From an uncultured archaeon (GTDB lineage: Archaea; Aenigmatarchaeota; Aenigmatarchaeia; GW2011-AR5), in assembly GCA_964599215.1 (NCBI GenBank), contig CAZRDV010000002.1, forward strand, positions 36,119-100,118: 64,000 nt of DNA. Direction: 5' to 3'. Of the stretch, positions 33,224 through 41,988 are shown piece after piece; position 1 is the first letter of the stretch, and the number at the start of each line of letters is the position of its first letter. The notes under the pieces were generated by a model that saw nothing but the letters and a program-made list of their open reading frames with translations, made no database searches and was not told the origin of the DNA. Both the position numbers and the translations under genes were made by a program.

Positions 33224-34853
33224 TTCCAAGAAGGCGCAGTCCGTTTTTCATCACTACTGCAACAGACTGTATAAGTGCAAGCAACTCTGGCTCTTTTTCA
33301 GAGTCAATAACCTTCTGGGAATGGTAGAATTCATTAAAAACAGCAGCTAATTCTGAAAGGTAATTAGCAAGGTGGTGCGGTTTAAGCTCCCTTGCACATT
33401 TGTCAATTATCTCCGGAAATAACGATATTTTCTTTATTATTTCTGTTTCTTTTTCAGTGAAATTATCTTTTATTGCTGGTTTCTTCTTGCTTTTTCTCAG
33501 GATTGATTTTGCCCTTGCATAGGTGTATTGCAGGTACGGGCCAGTATCTCCTTCAAAGCTTACTGCCTTCTTGCTGTCAAACAGCAAATCCCTTACCGGC
33601 TCCATCTTAAGCAGATAATATTTTATCGCACCTAGTGCAATATGCTTTGACCTGTCTTCTAGCTCAGCCTTGCTTATGCCGGGATACCTTTTCTTTACCT
33701 CTTTTTCTGCCAATTGCCTTACCTCCTCTATTAGGTCATCTGCGTCTATAACAGTGCCCTCCCTTGTTTTCATCTTGCCCCCAGGCAGCAGAACCATTCC
33801 ATAAGAAAGATGATAACAATTCTTTGCCCATTTATAGCCAAGCAACTCGAATATTTTGAATAACTGCCTGAAGTACAGGTTCTGTTCAGAGCCAACGCAC
33901 CAGATTGATTTATTAAGCCTATATTTCTTGAACTTGTGCTCTGTTAAAGCAAGATCATTTGTTATGTAGATTGATGTTCCATCCTCTCTCAAAATAATCT
34001 TTTTCGGCAAAGGATCTATCTTCGCCACTACCGCGCCTTTTTCATCCCTGAAGAAGACCTTCTTTTTCAAGCCCTCTTCTACTATTGCCTTTGCCTTGTC
34101 ATAGAACTGGCTTTCAAAAAAGAATACATCAAATTCTGAACCAAACTCTTTGTAAGTCTCTTTAAAACCGTCAATTGCCCATTTATTCATCTTTTTCCAG
34201 AGTTCCCTAGTCTCTTTATCCTTCTGCTCCCAGTTTTTCAGCATGACTTGTATCTCTTTTTCCATTTCTGGAGTCTTTTTCTTTTCAAACATTACATAGA
34301 AGTCGCCGACAAAGTGGTCACCCTTTTTATTAGGCATGCCCTTACCCCATTTCTTGTAAGCAAGCATTGATTTGCATATATGGATTCCGCGGTCGTTAAC
34401 AAGATTCGCTTTCACCACCTTAAACCCGAAGAATTCCAGAATATTACTAATGCTCATCCCGATGCTGTCGTTTCTCAGGTGGCCGACATGCAGTGGTTTG
34501 TTGGAATTAGGCGAGGAGTATTCCACCATTACTGTTCCTTTGTTATCAGAAGAGCCATAGCTGTCGTGCCTAATTACCTCTTCGATAACTGTTTTTCCCA
34601 ATTTCTTCCAGTTGGCATAGAAATTGACATAAGGGCCCAATGCCTCGATTTTCTCGATTAAAATGCCTGGCCATATTTTTCCTGCAATATCCTTTGCTAT
34701 CTCTGTCGGATTTTTCTTTAATTTCTTCGCTAAAGTAAAGCACGGCAGAGCCAGATCAGCACCAATATCTTTTGGCGGCCTCTCCAAAACACCGTATTCT
34801 TTCACAAGCTTTTGGCATTCTTCCTGGAATTTCTGAAAGCTCATAATAATCAT
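33201..34853 (-). CDS. argS: Arginyl-tRNA synthetase
   Basis: EYSSPNSNKPLHVGHLRN (HIGH region) and a C-terminal anticodon-binding domain ending ...LLGIKTLEKM. The first ATG is at 34853 (track TTG at 34859); an alternative ATG is at 34844. Confidence 0.9.
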   Translation of the reverse strand: MIIMSFQKFQEECQKLVKEYGVLERPPKDIGADLALPCFTLAKKLKKNPTEIAKDIAGKIWPGILIEKIEALGPYVNFYANWKKLGKTVIEEVIRHDSYGSSDNKGTVMVEYSSPNSNKPLHVGHLRNDSIGMSISNILEFFGFKVVKANLVNDRGIHICKSMLAYKKWGKGMPNKKGDHFVGDFYVMFEKKKTPEMEKEIQVMLKNWEQKDKETRELWKKMNKWAIDGFKETYKEFGSEFDVFFFESQFYDKAKAIVEEGLKKKVFFRDEKGAVVAKIDPLPKKIILREDGTSIYITNDLALTEHKFKKYRLNKSIWCVGSEQNLYFRQLFKIFELLGYKWAKNCYHLSYGMVLLPGGKMKTREGTVIDADDLIEEVRQLAEKEVKKRYPGISKAELEDRSKHIALGAIKYYLLKMEPVRDLLFDSKKAVSFEGDTGPYLQYTYARAKSILRKSKKKPAIKDNFTEKETEIIKKISLFPEIIDKCARELKPHHLANYLSELAAVFNEFYHSQKVIDSEKEPELLALIQSVAVVMKNGLRLLGIKTLEKM

Positions 34854-34874
34854 ATGCAACTGTTCTTAAAAAAG

Positions 34875-35939
34875 CTAGTCTACTATAACTGTCTCCAGTT
34901 TTTCAAGATTGCAGAAGTTTGTTGAATAGGTATATGCACCTGCATTGAGAAAAACTAGCTTGTCCCCTACTTTCGGATTTTCTAAATACACTCTGTATCT
35001 GAAAACATCTGTAGAATCGGGCGTACAGCCCTTTATCGTATAAGACTTTCCGCTTTCCTTTTCGTTCTCAATCAGCAGTCTTATTGGCACGACAAAGGTA
35101 TCCATTGCTGAGTTATAGACAGAGCAGTTAATCACGATGTTATTGTCGTAGATATTCTCTATCTCTGCTTCGAGCTGTATTGCCGGACCTGCGATGAACC
35201 TTCCAGGCTCTATGATCATTTTTATTCCATAGCTGCTTAGCCATTCTCTTAATTCTCCTATCTGCCTAAATATGTATGGCAGCGTATCAACCTTATGATT
35301 CTTGTATTTTATAGGAAGCCCGCCACCTATATTTACCAGGTCTATTTTCTCCAGCGTCTCTTTGCTTAAAACCTGCTCTAAATCCTGCCTAAGGTCCCAT
35401 TCGCCGATGTTTTCTGACTTCCTGTGAAAGTGTATACCTAGCTTTTTAATCTGCTTGTTCTTTCTAAGCTCCGGCATTAGTGAATTTATCTGATGCGAGT
35501 ACATGCCAAAAACAAAATGCCTTTCAGTGTGTATTGTTCTCTCTTTCAGGCGCATTCTAAGTAGCAGATTTATTTCATGTTTACTGCCATTCAAATAATC
35601 AATAAGTAATCTTAGGTCATTCTCGTTGTCAACTATGAAAGAGTCTATGCCCTCCTTAACCAGAATATCAATATCATCACTGCTCCATGACTGGGCGAGA
35701 AACCATATGCGCTTCTTGTCGTTTACGTATTTCAGGGAATTGATGAAATGCACACTGAACCTTGCTTCAGTGCTTTCTTCCAGTATGCTTACAAGAGCAG
35801 GGTTTGTCTTCAGGCTGTATGAGATCTCGTCAGCCAATTCCTTTACCATTCTATATTGTTCTAGTGCCTTTGACTTACTTAGGACGAATCTGGCCTTAAT
35901 TCTTATCACCTTTGATAATGCCTTTTTTTGCCAGCTCAT
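34875..35939 (-). CDS. PLP-dependent decarboxylase, alanine-racemase fold (Orn/Arg/DAP decarboxylase family)
   Basis: ISYSLKTNP (PLP-lysine motif), NIGGGLPIKY (GGG motif), a C-terminal beta domain and ...FLNAGAYT. ATG at 35939 overlaps the DHS 3' end by 44 nt. Confidence 0.75.
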   Translation of the reverse strand: MSWQKKALSKVIRIKARFVLSKSKALEQYRMVKELADEISYSLKTNPALVSILEESTEARFSVHFINSLKYVNDKKRIWFLAQSWSSDDIDILVKEGIDSFIVDNENDLRLLIDYLNGSKHEINLLLRMRLKERTIHTERHFVFGMYSHQINSLMPELRKNKQIKKLGIHFHRKSENIGEWDLRQDLEQVLSKETLEKIDLVNIGGGLPIKYKNHKVDTLPYIFRQIGELREWLSSYGIKMIIEPGRFIAGPAIQLEAEIENIYDNNIVINCSVYNSAMDTFVVPIRLLIENEKESGKSYTIKGCTPDSTDVFRYRVYLENPKVGDKLVFLNAGAYTYSTNFCNLEKLETVIVD

Positions 35940-36846
35940 CAAGTACTTTCACCATGGCTAGGGGAAATGTTATTGTAACATCTCCGATAACTGTTGCAAT
36001 ATCTGAATTGTCTTTTATCTTTCCCCAGCTCTTTGCCTCTTTTGTGGTTGCACCGCTCATGCTACCTGATGTGTGATGAGCAGTTGTCATGTAGACAGCA
36101 TAATCCAGTCCCCCGTTTAGTAAGCAGGAAAATATTGCATAATGCTTCGAGACACCGCCACCAAGGCAGATAGCACCTTTCTTGTCATCCTGGCTTGTTG
36201 AGAACAGGATATTTGCAAAGTCCTTCACAACATCCACAGCGAAGTCCGGATGGTCCTGCTGGAACATAAACAGGTGAAAGCCGAAAGCACCATCTGTAAT
36301 AGCAGGGCAGAATATCGGGATATTGTTCTTTGCTGCCTGATAGAGAATTGAGTTTTTATCTTCCAGCATTAATCCGATCTCACGAAGCATCTCAGAAACA
36401 GGCCAGTTCTTTTTCTTTTTGTAGAGCTCATTAAGTATATTTTTCATCCTGCTCTCGAACTTCTCGTAGCTCTTGTTTGGTATAAACAAATTGCCTACTC
36501 TGTTAACCCCTTCTTCGTATAATGCAAAATCATCTGCATTGAAATCGCCTACCAGGAATTTCTCTCCCATTGCTCTCATGATGTCCTCTTCTATGCCTCC
36601 TACAGTAGTGACAACATTGTCAGGTAGCTTCAGTTCTATGAGCTGTGCAAAGAAGCCGCGTAGCCCTGAGGTAACCATGTTAGAGGTAAAGGTCAAGAAG
36701 ATCTTGGCGCCTGTCTCTTTCATCTTTACTATTGTTTTGACTGCCTTGTCAAGCTCAATGCTCTGGAAGCCTATTCCAGAAAAGGAGCTAACAAAATCAT
36801 CCACGCTCATACCGCGGTTCCATCTAAAGTCTTTTACATAGGTCAT
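35896..36846 (-). CDS. Deoxyhypusine synthase
   Basis: FLTFTSNMVTSGLRG...PIFCPAITDGAFG...ICLGGGVSKHY...GSMSGATTKEAKSWGKI. Confidence 0.9.
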   Translation of the reverse strand: MTYVKDFRWNRGMSVDDFVSSFSGIGFQSIELDKAVKTIVKMKETGAKIFLTFTSNMVTSGLRGFFAQLIELKLPDNVVTTVGGIEEDIMRAMGEKFLVGDFNADDFALYEEGVNRVGNLFIPNKSYEKFESRMKNILNELYKKKKNWPVSEMLREIGLMLEDKNSILYQAAKNNIPIFCPAITDGAFGFHLFMFQQDHPDFAVDVVKDFANILFSTSQDDKKGAICLGGGVSKHYAIFSCLLNGGLDYAVYMTTAHHTSGSMSGATTKEAKSWGKIKDNSDIATVIGDVTITFPLAMVKVLDELAKKGIIKGDKN

Positions 36847-36938
36847 ATTATCAACTACTAAGAAGAAGTCTATGGTTGTGTTAATGTTTTGTAGGTCTTG
36901 AAAACCATAATAACACTCACATAAAAGATTATTTATAG

Positions 36939-38099
36939 CTATTTTCCTGATTTTATAGAAATTATGTCTCCGTCTTTTAGTTCATAATGAGCAGAAACAT
37001 GCTTGCCTGTCCTGGCATCGACAGCTGCTATGAATTTCTTGCCTATATCCTCGTGCACACGATAGGCAAGATCATGTGCAGTTGAGCCCCTTTTCATCAG
37101 GAAGGCATCCGGCAATACGTTCCCTTTTTTGTCGCTGTATTTATGTTCATTTTCAACAGGATAAACAACTATCATGTCCAGAAGCTCGAAAACGGCTGTG
37201 TCTATTATTTTTTGGACACCAGTTGAACCATGCCTTTTGAGAACCTTTTCCTTGATGAACAATAAAGCATCCTCATGCTTCTTGTCCATATCTCCGGTTA
37301 TTTTGAAGTCAGAATCGCCTGGCATGTAGTTAATCAGACCCTTTTCAGCTGCGCGCCTCAGGGCAAGCTCTGATTCTGCTGAGCATGCAACAGCTTGGAA
37401 TTCTTCTTTCAGTTTTTTGTATATATCGTCTGCTCCTTGCACATCTATCTTATTTGCAGCAATTATTATTGGTTTGCTCTTTTCTCTTAGTATACGGATG
37501 AAGTTTAGTAGCTCGTCTTCTTGAGAGCTGCTGCTAATGCCTGTTTCGTTTACTGCGTCTTCTATCTCCTCAATTCTTATGCCTAAGCCAGTGAGTTGTT
37601 TAGAAATCATTTCATTAAGATGGTTGCCCTTTTTAACCTGGTTCCAGTTTCTCATAAGAATTCCGAGCATCCAGTAATCGATTTCTTTGAAAAAGAATTC
37701 TATATCCTCTTTCGGATTATGGGTGCCTGGCTCTACTGCATTTCCATTGCTGTCTGTACTGCCTGATATGTCAACAACATTTATCAGTACTGTTGCCTCC
37801 ATTATTTCCGAAAGGAACTGGTTTCCTAGGCCTCGGCCAAGGTGTGCATCAGGCACAAGCCCTGCTATGTCAACAGCCTTAACAGGGACAAATCGCACAC
37901 TGTCTATACATTTTGAGTTCACAGGATTGCATTTCACACCGAGCTGCTTGCACGGGCACTCTTTTCTTACGTAGGTAACCCCCTTATTGGGTTCGATTGT
38001 TGTAAAAACACGGTTGCTTATCTCCGCATCCACGAGGGTGGAAGCAGAGAAAAAGGTGGTTTTCCCTGTATTTGTCTTGCCGGCAATGCCAATTAACAT
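36939..38099 (-). CDS. Obg-like GTPase/ATPase with a C-terminal TGS domain (YchF/OLA1-like)
   Basis: MLIGIAGKTNTGKTTFF (P-loop), DIAGLV (G3); C-terminal ...HYELKDGDIISI. ATG at 38099; the track start at 38108 is GTG. Confidence 0.75.
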   Translation of the reverse strand: MLIGIAGKTNTGKTTFFSASTLVDAEISNRVFTTIEPNKGVTYVRKECPCKQLGVKCNPVNSKCIDSVRFVPVKAVDIAGLVPDAHLGRGLGNQFLSEIMEATVLINVVDISGSTDSNGNAVEPGTHNPKEDIEFFFKEIDYWMLGILMRNWNQVKKGNHLNEMISKQLTGLGIRIEEIEDAVNETGISSSSQEDELLNFIRILREKSKPIIIAANKIDVQGADDIYKKLKEEFQAVACSAESELALRRAAEKGLINYMPGDSDFKITGDMDKKHEDALLFIKEKVLKRHGSTGVQKIIDTAVFELLDMIVVYPVENEHKYSDKKGNVLPDAFLMKRGSTAHDLAYRVHEDIGKKFIAAVDARTGKHVSAHYELKDGDIISIKSGK

Positions 38100-38162
38100 T
38101 ATTATCACTTTCTATGAAATACTTATAAAATTAATAATAAATGAATAATAGATTGTGATAAC

Positions 38163-39854
38163 ATGAGGATAGCTGTTCTTGATAAAGAACTGTGCAAGCC
38201 GCATAAGTGCGGCCATGAGTGCCAGAAGTTCTGCCCTGTAAACAGAAAAGGGGAGGAGTGCGTAAAAATAGCTGGCAGTTCTGTTATAGACGAAGGCTTA
38301 TGTATCGGCTGTTCTATCTGCGTAAAGAAGTGTCCGTTCAAGGCCATCTCTATTGTTAATCTGCCAGAGGCATTAAAAGAAAATCCGATCCACAGGTTTG
38401 GTGTAAACGGCTTTGTGCTTTTCAGGCTGCCAATCCCTGTCAAAGGAGTTGTCGGCCTGATAGGAGCAAACGGCATAGGAAAGACAACTGCTCTGCAGAT
38501 ATTATCAGGCAATCTCAAACCAAATATTGGAAAGACTGGTGAAACAGAAACCTGGAAAGATATAATCAAAATGCATAGGGGAACAGAACTCCAGGACTAT
38601 TTAGAAGAATTGTCCAAAAAAACCATAAGAGCTGTTTACAAGGAACAGCAGGTCAATCTTCTGCCAAAGCTTTTCAAAGGCACTGTAAAAGAGCTGGTTG
38701 ATGATTCTTTAATAGAAAAGCTTGATCTAAAGAACTGTTTAGACAGAAAATTAGATGAATTATCAGGCGGTGAATTACAAAGAACTGCCATAGCAATCAG
38801 CATGAGCAAGGAAGCTGATGTATACTACTTTGATGAGCCTTCATCATTCCTTGATGTAAAGCAAAGGCTCAACATGGCCAGGACCATAAGGGAGCTTTCA
38901 GAGAACAAGAGCGTTATTGTTGTTGAGCATGACCTGGCAACGCTGGATTTCCTGGCAGACAGGATTCACATATTCTACGGCGTGCCAGGCGCATTCGGAG
39001 TGGTGTCAAAGCCTTACTCAACAAGAAACGGGATTAATACATTCTTGCGTGGGTACATACCAGAGGACAATGTAAGAATAAGAGAACCAACAATATTTGA
39101 GGAGATGGCAGCTAGGAAGATAAAGGGGACCCAGGAGATGGTATCGTTTTCCAATATCAGCAAGAAATATGAAGGATTTGAGCTGGGCATAAAAGAAGGC
39201 AGTATCTACAAAGACGAGATCCTAGGCATATTCGGTTCAAACGCCCTAGGAAAAACCACATTCGCAAAAATACTTGCAGGTGAGATTGAGTTCAACGGAA
39301 AAATAAGCAGAAAGCTGAAGATTTCATACAAGCCGCAGTTCCTGAAAACCAAGGCCTCTATGACTGTAAGAGAGCTGTTAGCTACGGTAAAGGATGAAGA
39401 GCGTCTTGCTTATCTCTCTCACCAGCTTGGACTTGAAAAGCTGATGGAAAAGAACGTCAGCGAGCTGTCAGGCGGTGAATTACAAAGAACTGCTATTGCT
39501 CTGTGCCTTTCACGAGACTGTGATTTATATCTTTTGGATGAACCTTCTGCTTATCTAGATGTTGACCAGAGGCTTGTTGCTGCAAAGCTCATAAGGAATA
39601 ATAATGCAATAGTTATTGACCATGACCTGCTCTTTCTTAGCTACATCGCTGACAGGGCAATGCTTTTCTCCGGCAATCCCGGCAGAAACGGCTTTGCAAA
39701 ATGCATGCAGCTGCAGGATGGTTTCAACGAATTCCTTAAATCAGTTGATGTGACCTTTCGGCGCGATTCCGAGACAAAAAGGCCAAGGGCAAACAAGCCT
39801 GACAGCGTCAAGGACAGGGAGCAGAAAGAAAAAGGAGAGTATTTCTATTCGTAA
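38163..39854 (+). CDS. abce1: ABCE1 (RNase L inhibitor-type ribosome recycling ATPase)
   Basis: N-terminal 2x[4Fe-4S] (CKPHKCGHECQKFCP, CIGCSICVKKCP). Two ABC cassettes (GANGIGKTT, LSGGELQR x2). Confidence 0.95.
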   Translation: MRIAVLDKELCKPHKCGHECQKFCPVNRKGEECVKIAGSSVIDEGLCIGCSICVKKCPFKAISIVNLPEALKENPIHRFGVNGFVLFRLPIPVKGVVGLIGANGIGKTTALQILSGNLKPNIGKTGETETWKDIIKMHRGTELQDYLEELSKKTIRAVYKEQQVNLLPKLFKGTVKELVDDSLIEKLDLKNCLDRKLDELSGGELQRTAIAISMSKEADVYYFDEPSSFLDVKQRLNMARTIRELSENKSVIVVEHDLATLDFLADRIHIFYGVPGAFGVVSKPYSTRNGINTFLRGYIPEDNVRIREPTIFEEMAARKIKGTQEMVSFSNISKKYEGFELGIKEGSIYKDEILGIFGSNALGKTTFAKILAGEIEFNGKISRKLKISYKPQFLKTKASMTVRELLATVKDEERLAYLSHQLGLEKLMEKNVSELSGGELQRTAIALCLSRDCDLYLLDEPSAYLDVDQRLVAAKLIRNNNAIVIDHDLLFLSYIADRAMLFSGNPGRNGFAKCMQLQDGFNEFLKSVDVTFRRDSETKRPRANKPDSVKDREQKEKGEYFYS

Positions 39855-39882
39855 TTTCTATTCATAAACCTTATACGAAGAA

Positions 39883-40305
39883 TCAGTATCGTCTGCCCAT
39901 GCGCATTTCCATGTTCTTTAGTCTTTCGTTGATTGTCTCTGTCTGGCTTCTTATTGCTGACAGCTGGGCTTCTATTATGTTTAGCCTGTCCCTCAGCTCG
40001 TAGTTGCCCTCTCCTCCTGGTGTCGGCTCATCCATGGATAGCGGTTCCCTTCCAAAGCTCGGTTCTTCAAGCCTGCTGCTTAATCCTGGTTCAGCAAAAC
40101 GCGGTGGTTCAGGTTGCTCTCCGAACCTTCTTCTTGGTGGCTCTGGAAGTTCTGGAAGATCCGGAACCTCTTGCATTCGACCTTCTTCCCTTTCAGGATA
40201 GCCTCTTTCAGGATATTCGTTTTCACTAAGAACATGGCTTCTTATGTCACCGAGCTCTTCTTTTCTGCCCAGGAACCTGTTTTTTATTGCGCTGAATATT
40301 CCCAT
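39883..40305 (-). CDS. Hypothetical protein: N-terminal amphipathic helix, P/E-rich linker, C-terminal coiled coil
   Basis: MGIFSAIKNRFLGRK..., then EVPDLPELPEPPRRRFGEQPEPPRFAEPG..., then ...LRDRLNIIEAQLSAIRSQTETINERLKNMEMRM. No family recognised. Confidence 0.6.
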   Translation of the reverse strand: MGIFSAIKNRFLGRKEELGDIRSHVLSENEYPERGYPEREEGRMQEVPDLPELPEPPRRRFGEQPEPPRFAEPGLSSRLEEPSFGREPLSMDEPTPGGEGNYELRDRLNIIEAQLSAIRSQTETINERLKNMEMRMGRRY

Positions 40306-40348
40306 GTCATCACTTCATATATTATTGATTCTGCGGTTTAAATTATTT

Positions 40349-40846
40349 TTACGGCACCTGCTCCTCCTTGGGTATGCCGAGTATATCAAGTATCCTTTCC
40401 TTCAGCCTGTATACGTTATCCTTGCCGAAGTCTATGTATTTCCTTCTCTGCTTGTAATAGAACATGTAGTTGAAAAACCACCAGAAGCTTTTCTGTATGA
40501 AATTAGTATACTCGTACTTTGTCTCAACATTTCCTTTCAGAACAATCGCGATCCAACCCATCTTGTCCTTGCTGGACTGGGCTCCCTGTGCCCTTATTTT
40601 TATCCTGGTGTTTGTCCAGTTGTCCTCGCCACGTTTGCCTCTCCATATACCGTAGAACTCCCTGGGTTCTGTTGTAACATCCCACCTTATATCAGTCTCA
40701 AAGGTGTCCTTGCCGCTTATCTTCATAACCTCTATTAGTAGCTTTTGAAACAGTGTACAGACTTTGAACGGCTCCTTTCCCTGGAATTTTACCTCTAGGA
40801 AATCCCTTGGCGCAAGCAGGTCATCTGCAATAGTAATCTCTGGCAT
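40349..40846 (-). CDS. Hypothetical protein, paralog 1 of a tandem pair
   Basis: 165 aa. Shares Trp-containing blocks and ...FFNYMFYYKQRRKYIDFGKD... with the adjacent gene (there ...FWHRMFYQHRRMEFLAMGKE...). Confidence 0.65.
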   Translation of the reverse strand: MPEITIADDLLAPRDFLEVKFQGKEPFKVCTLFQKLLIEVMKISGKDTFETDIRWDVTTEPREFYGIWRGKRGEDNWTNTRIKIRAQGAQSSKDKMGWIAIVLKGNVETKYEYTNFIQKSFWWFFNYMFYYKQRRKYIDFGKDNVYRLKERILDILGIPKEEQVP

Positions 40847-40855
40847 TCATACACC

Positions 40856-41365
40856 CTATGCTGTTTTCAATGTCTCTGCAAAGGATTTTATTGCCCTTTC
40901 AAAATTTATTACAAGCTCCTTTCCCATAGCAAGGAATTCCATCCTTCTATGCTGATAGAACATCCTGTGCCAGAACCTTCTGAACATCTCGTATATAATA
41001 TTCTGTTGCCATATCGTATCCTGGGGGTATTCGGTTATAAGCCTTGGCCTTATCCTGACAAACAGCCTGCCCTCGCCCTCGGTGGAGGTTCCCCTCAGGT
41101 CTATCTCAATGTTGATATAAGAGAACATGTCCAGTATTTTCGTGACTTCCCAGAGGATGTCAAAGCGTTCTGCTCCCTTGGCCTTTTCCCAGGTGTAATC
41201 CTTCTCCTGGATGTAGGCATCAGGCACATTGAATACAGTTCTTATCAACTCATTTATCTTTGGGTAGAAACGTTCCGGGTTCCTGCCCACGTAGCTTATT
41301 TTTATCTCCTTTACTGGCTCGAAGATATAGTCCCATATCAATAATTTCGTCCTAGCCCATACCAT
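40856..41365 (-). CDS. Hypothetical protein, paralog 2 of a tandem pair
   Basis: 169 aa. Alignable by eye to 40349-40846: YTWEK/IRWDV, RFDILWEVTK/EFYGIWRGKR, INIEIDLRG/TRIKIRAQG. Confidence 0.65.
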   Translation of the reverse strand: MVWARTKLLIWDYIFEPVKEIKISYVGRNPERFYPKINELIRTVFNVPDAYIQEKDYTWEKAKGAERFDILWEVTKILDMFSYINIEIDLRGTSTEGEGRLFVRIRPRLITEYPQDTIWQQNIIYEMFRRFWHRMFYQHRRMEFLAMGKELVINFERAIKSFAETLKTA

Positions 41366-41483
41366 GGATCAGCACCGATGTTATTATACTTGTTCAGGTC
41401 TACTATATATTTATATCTCCGTTTATAAATTATTATAATAAGCCTTTGTGTGCCGTTCAAAAAAAATTATAAAGTGCTCTGAA

Positions 41484-41816
41484 ATGATCGAGATAATACT
41501 GGCTGCTGTGCTGATTGCATTCGGAATCCTGTCAATATACTTTTCAATAGAATCCGGGACCAAGGACCCGAAGCTTATGTTCATACTGTTTCTCGGGGCA
41601 GCCTGCATAGTAGCTGGGGCATGGCTGCTTATATCAAGCCTGACGCTCATGCTTATAGTGAAAAAGCTGGCTGGGCTGGCACTGGCAGGTATTGGCCTGT
41701 TCATTGTAATAGGGTTCCCTGATGTTAAGGATTATCAGAGTTTTGATATGAGCAAGGCAGGAGTCTTTATCGGGCTTATTCTACTTGTAATAGGCATCTA
41801 TCTGCTGTTTTTCTAG
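41484..41816 (+). CDS. Small 4-TM membrane protein, hypothetical
   Basis: MIEIILAAVLIAFGILSIYF... with four hydrophobic helices. ATG at 41484; the track start at 41448 is GTG. Confidence 0.55.
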   Translation: MIEIILAAVLIAFGILSIYFSIESGTKDPKLMFILFLGAACIVAGAWLLISSLTLMLIVKKLAGLALAGIGLFIVIGFPDVKDYQSFDMSKAGVFIGLILLVIGIYLLFF

Positions 41817-41825
41817 GCGTATCAC

Positions 41826-41850
41826 TTATTTAGAGGGTATCAAAAGAAAT
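41826..41850. repeat. Satellite copy of the repeat-family right arm plus flank
   Basis: TTATTTAGAGGGTATCAAAAGAAAT matches TTATTTAGACGGTGTCAAAAGAAAT at 41924-41948 at 23/25 positions. The two form direct repeats bracketing the core of copy B. Confidence 0.8.
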
Positions 41851-41939
41851 GACACCGTCTAAATAAGGGCTATTGACTGTTGTCAATAGCCCATGAAAGA
41901 TGGTTGTCAATAGACAACCATCGTTATTTAGACGGTGTC
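41851..41939. repeat. 89-nt palindromic triple-stem element, copy B (core inverted relative to copy A)
   Basis: GACACCGTCTAAAT-AA-[GGGCTATTGAC-TGTT-GTCAATAGCCC]-ATGAAA-[GATGGTTGTC-AATA-GACAACCATC]-GTT-ATTTAGACGGTGTC. It ends 49 nt upstream of the ATG at 41989. Confidence 0.9.
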
Positions 41940-41988
41940 AAAAGAAATCTTAGTTAACTTAATATATCAGGAGGGATAAAAGAGAATT

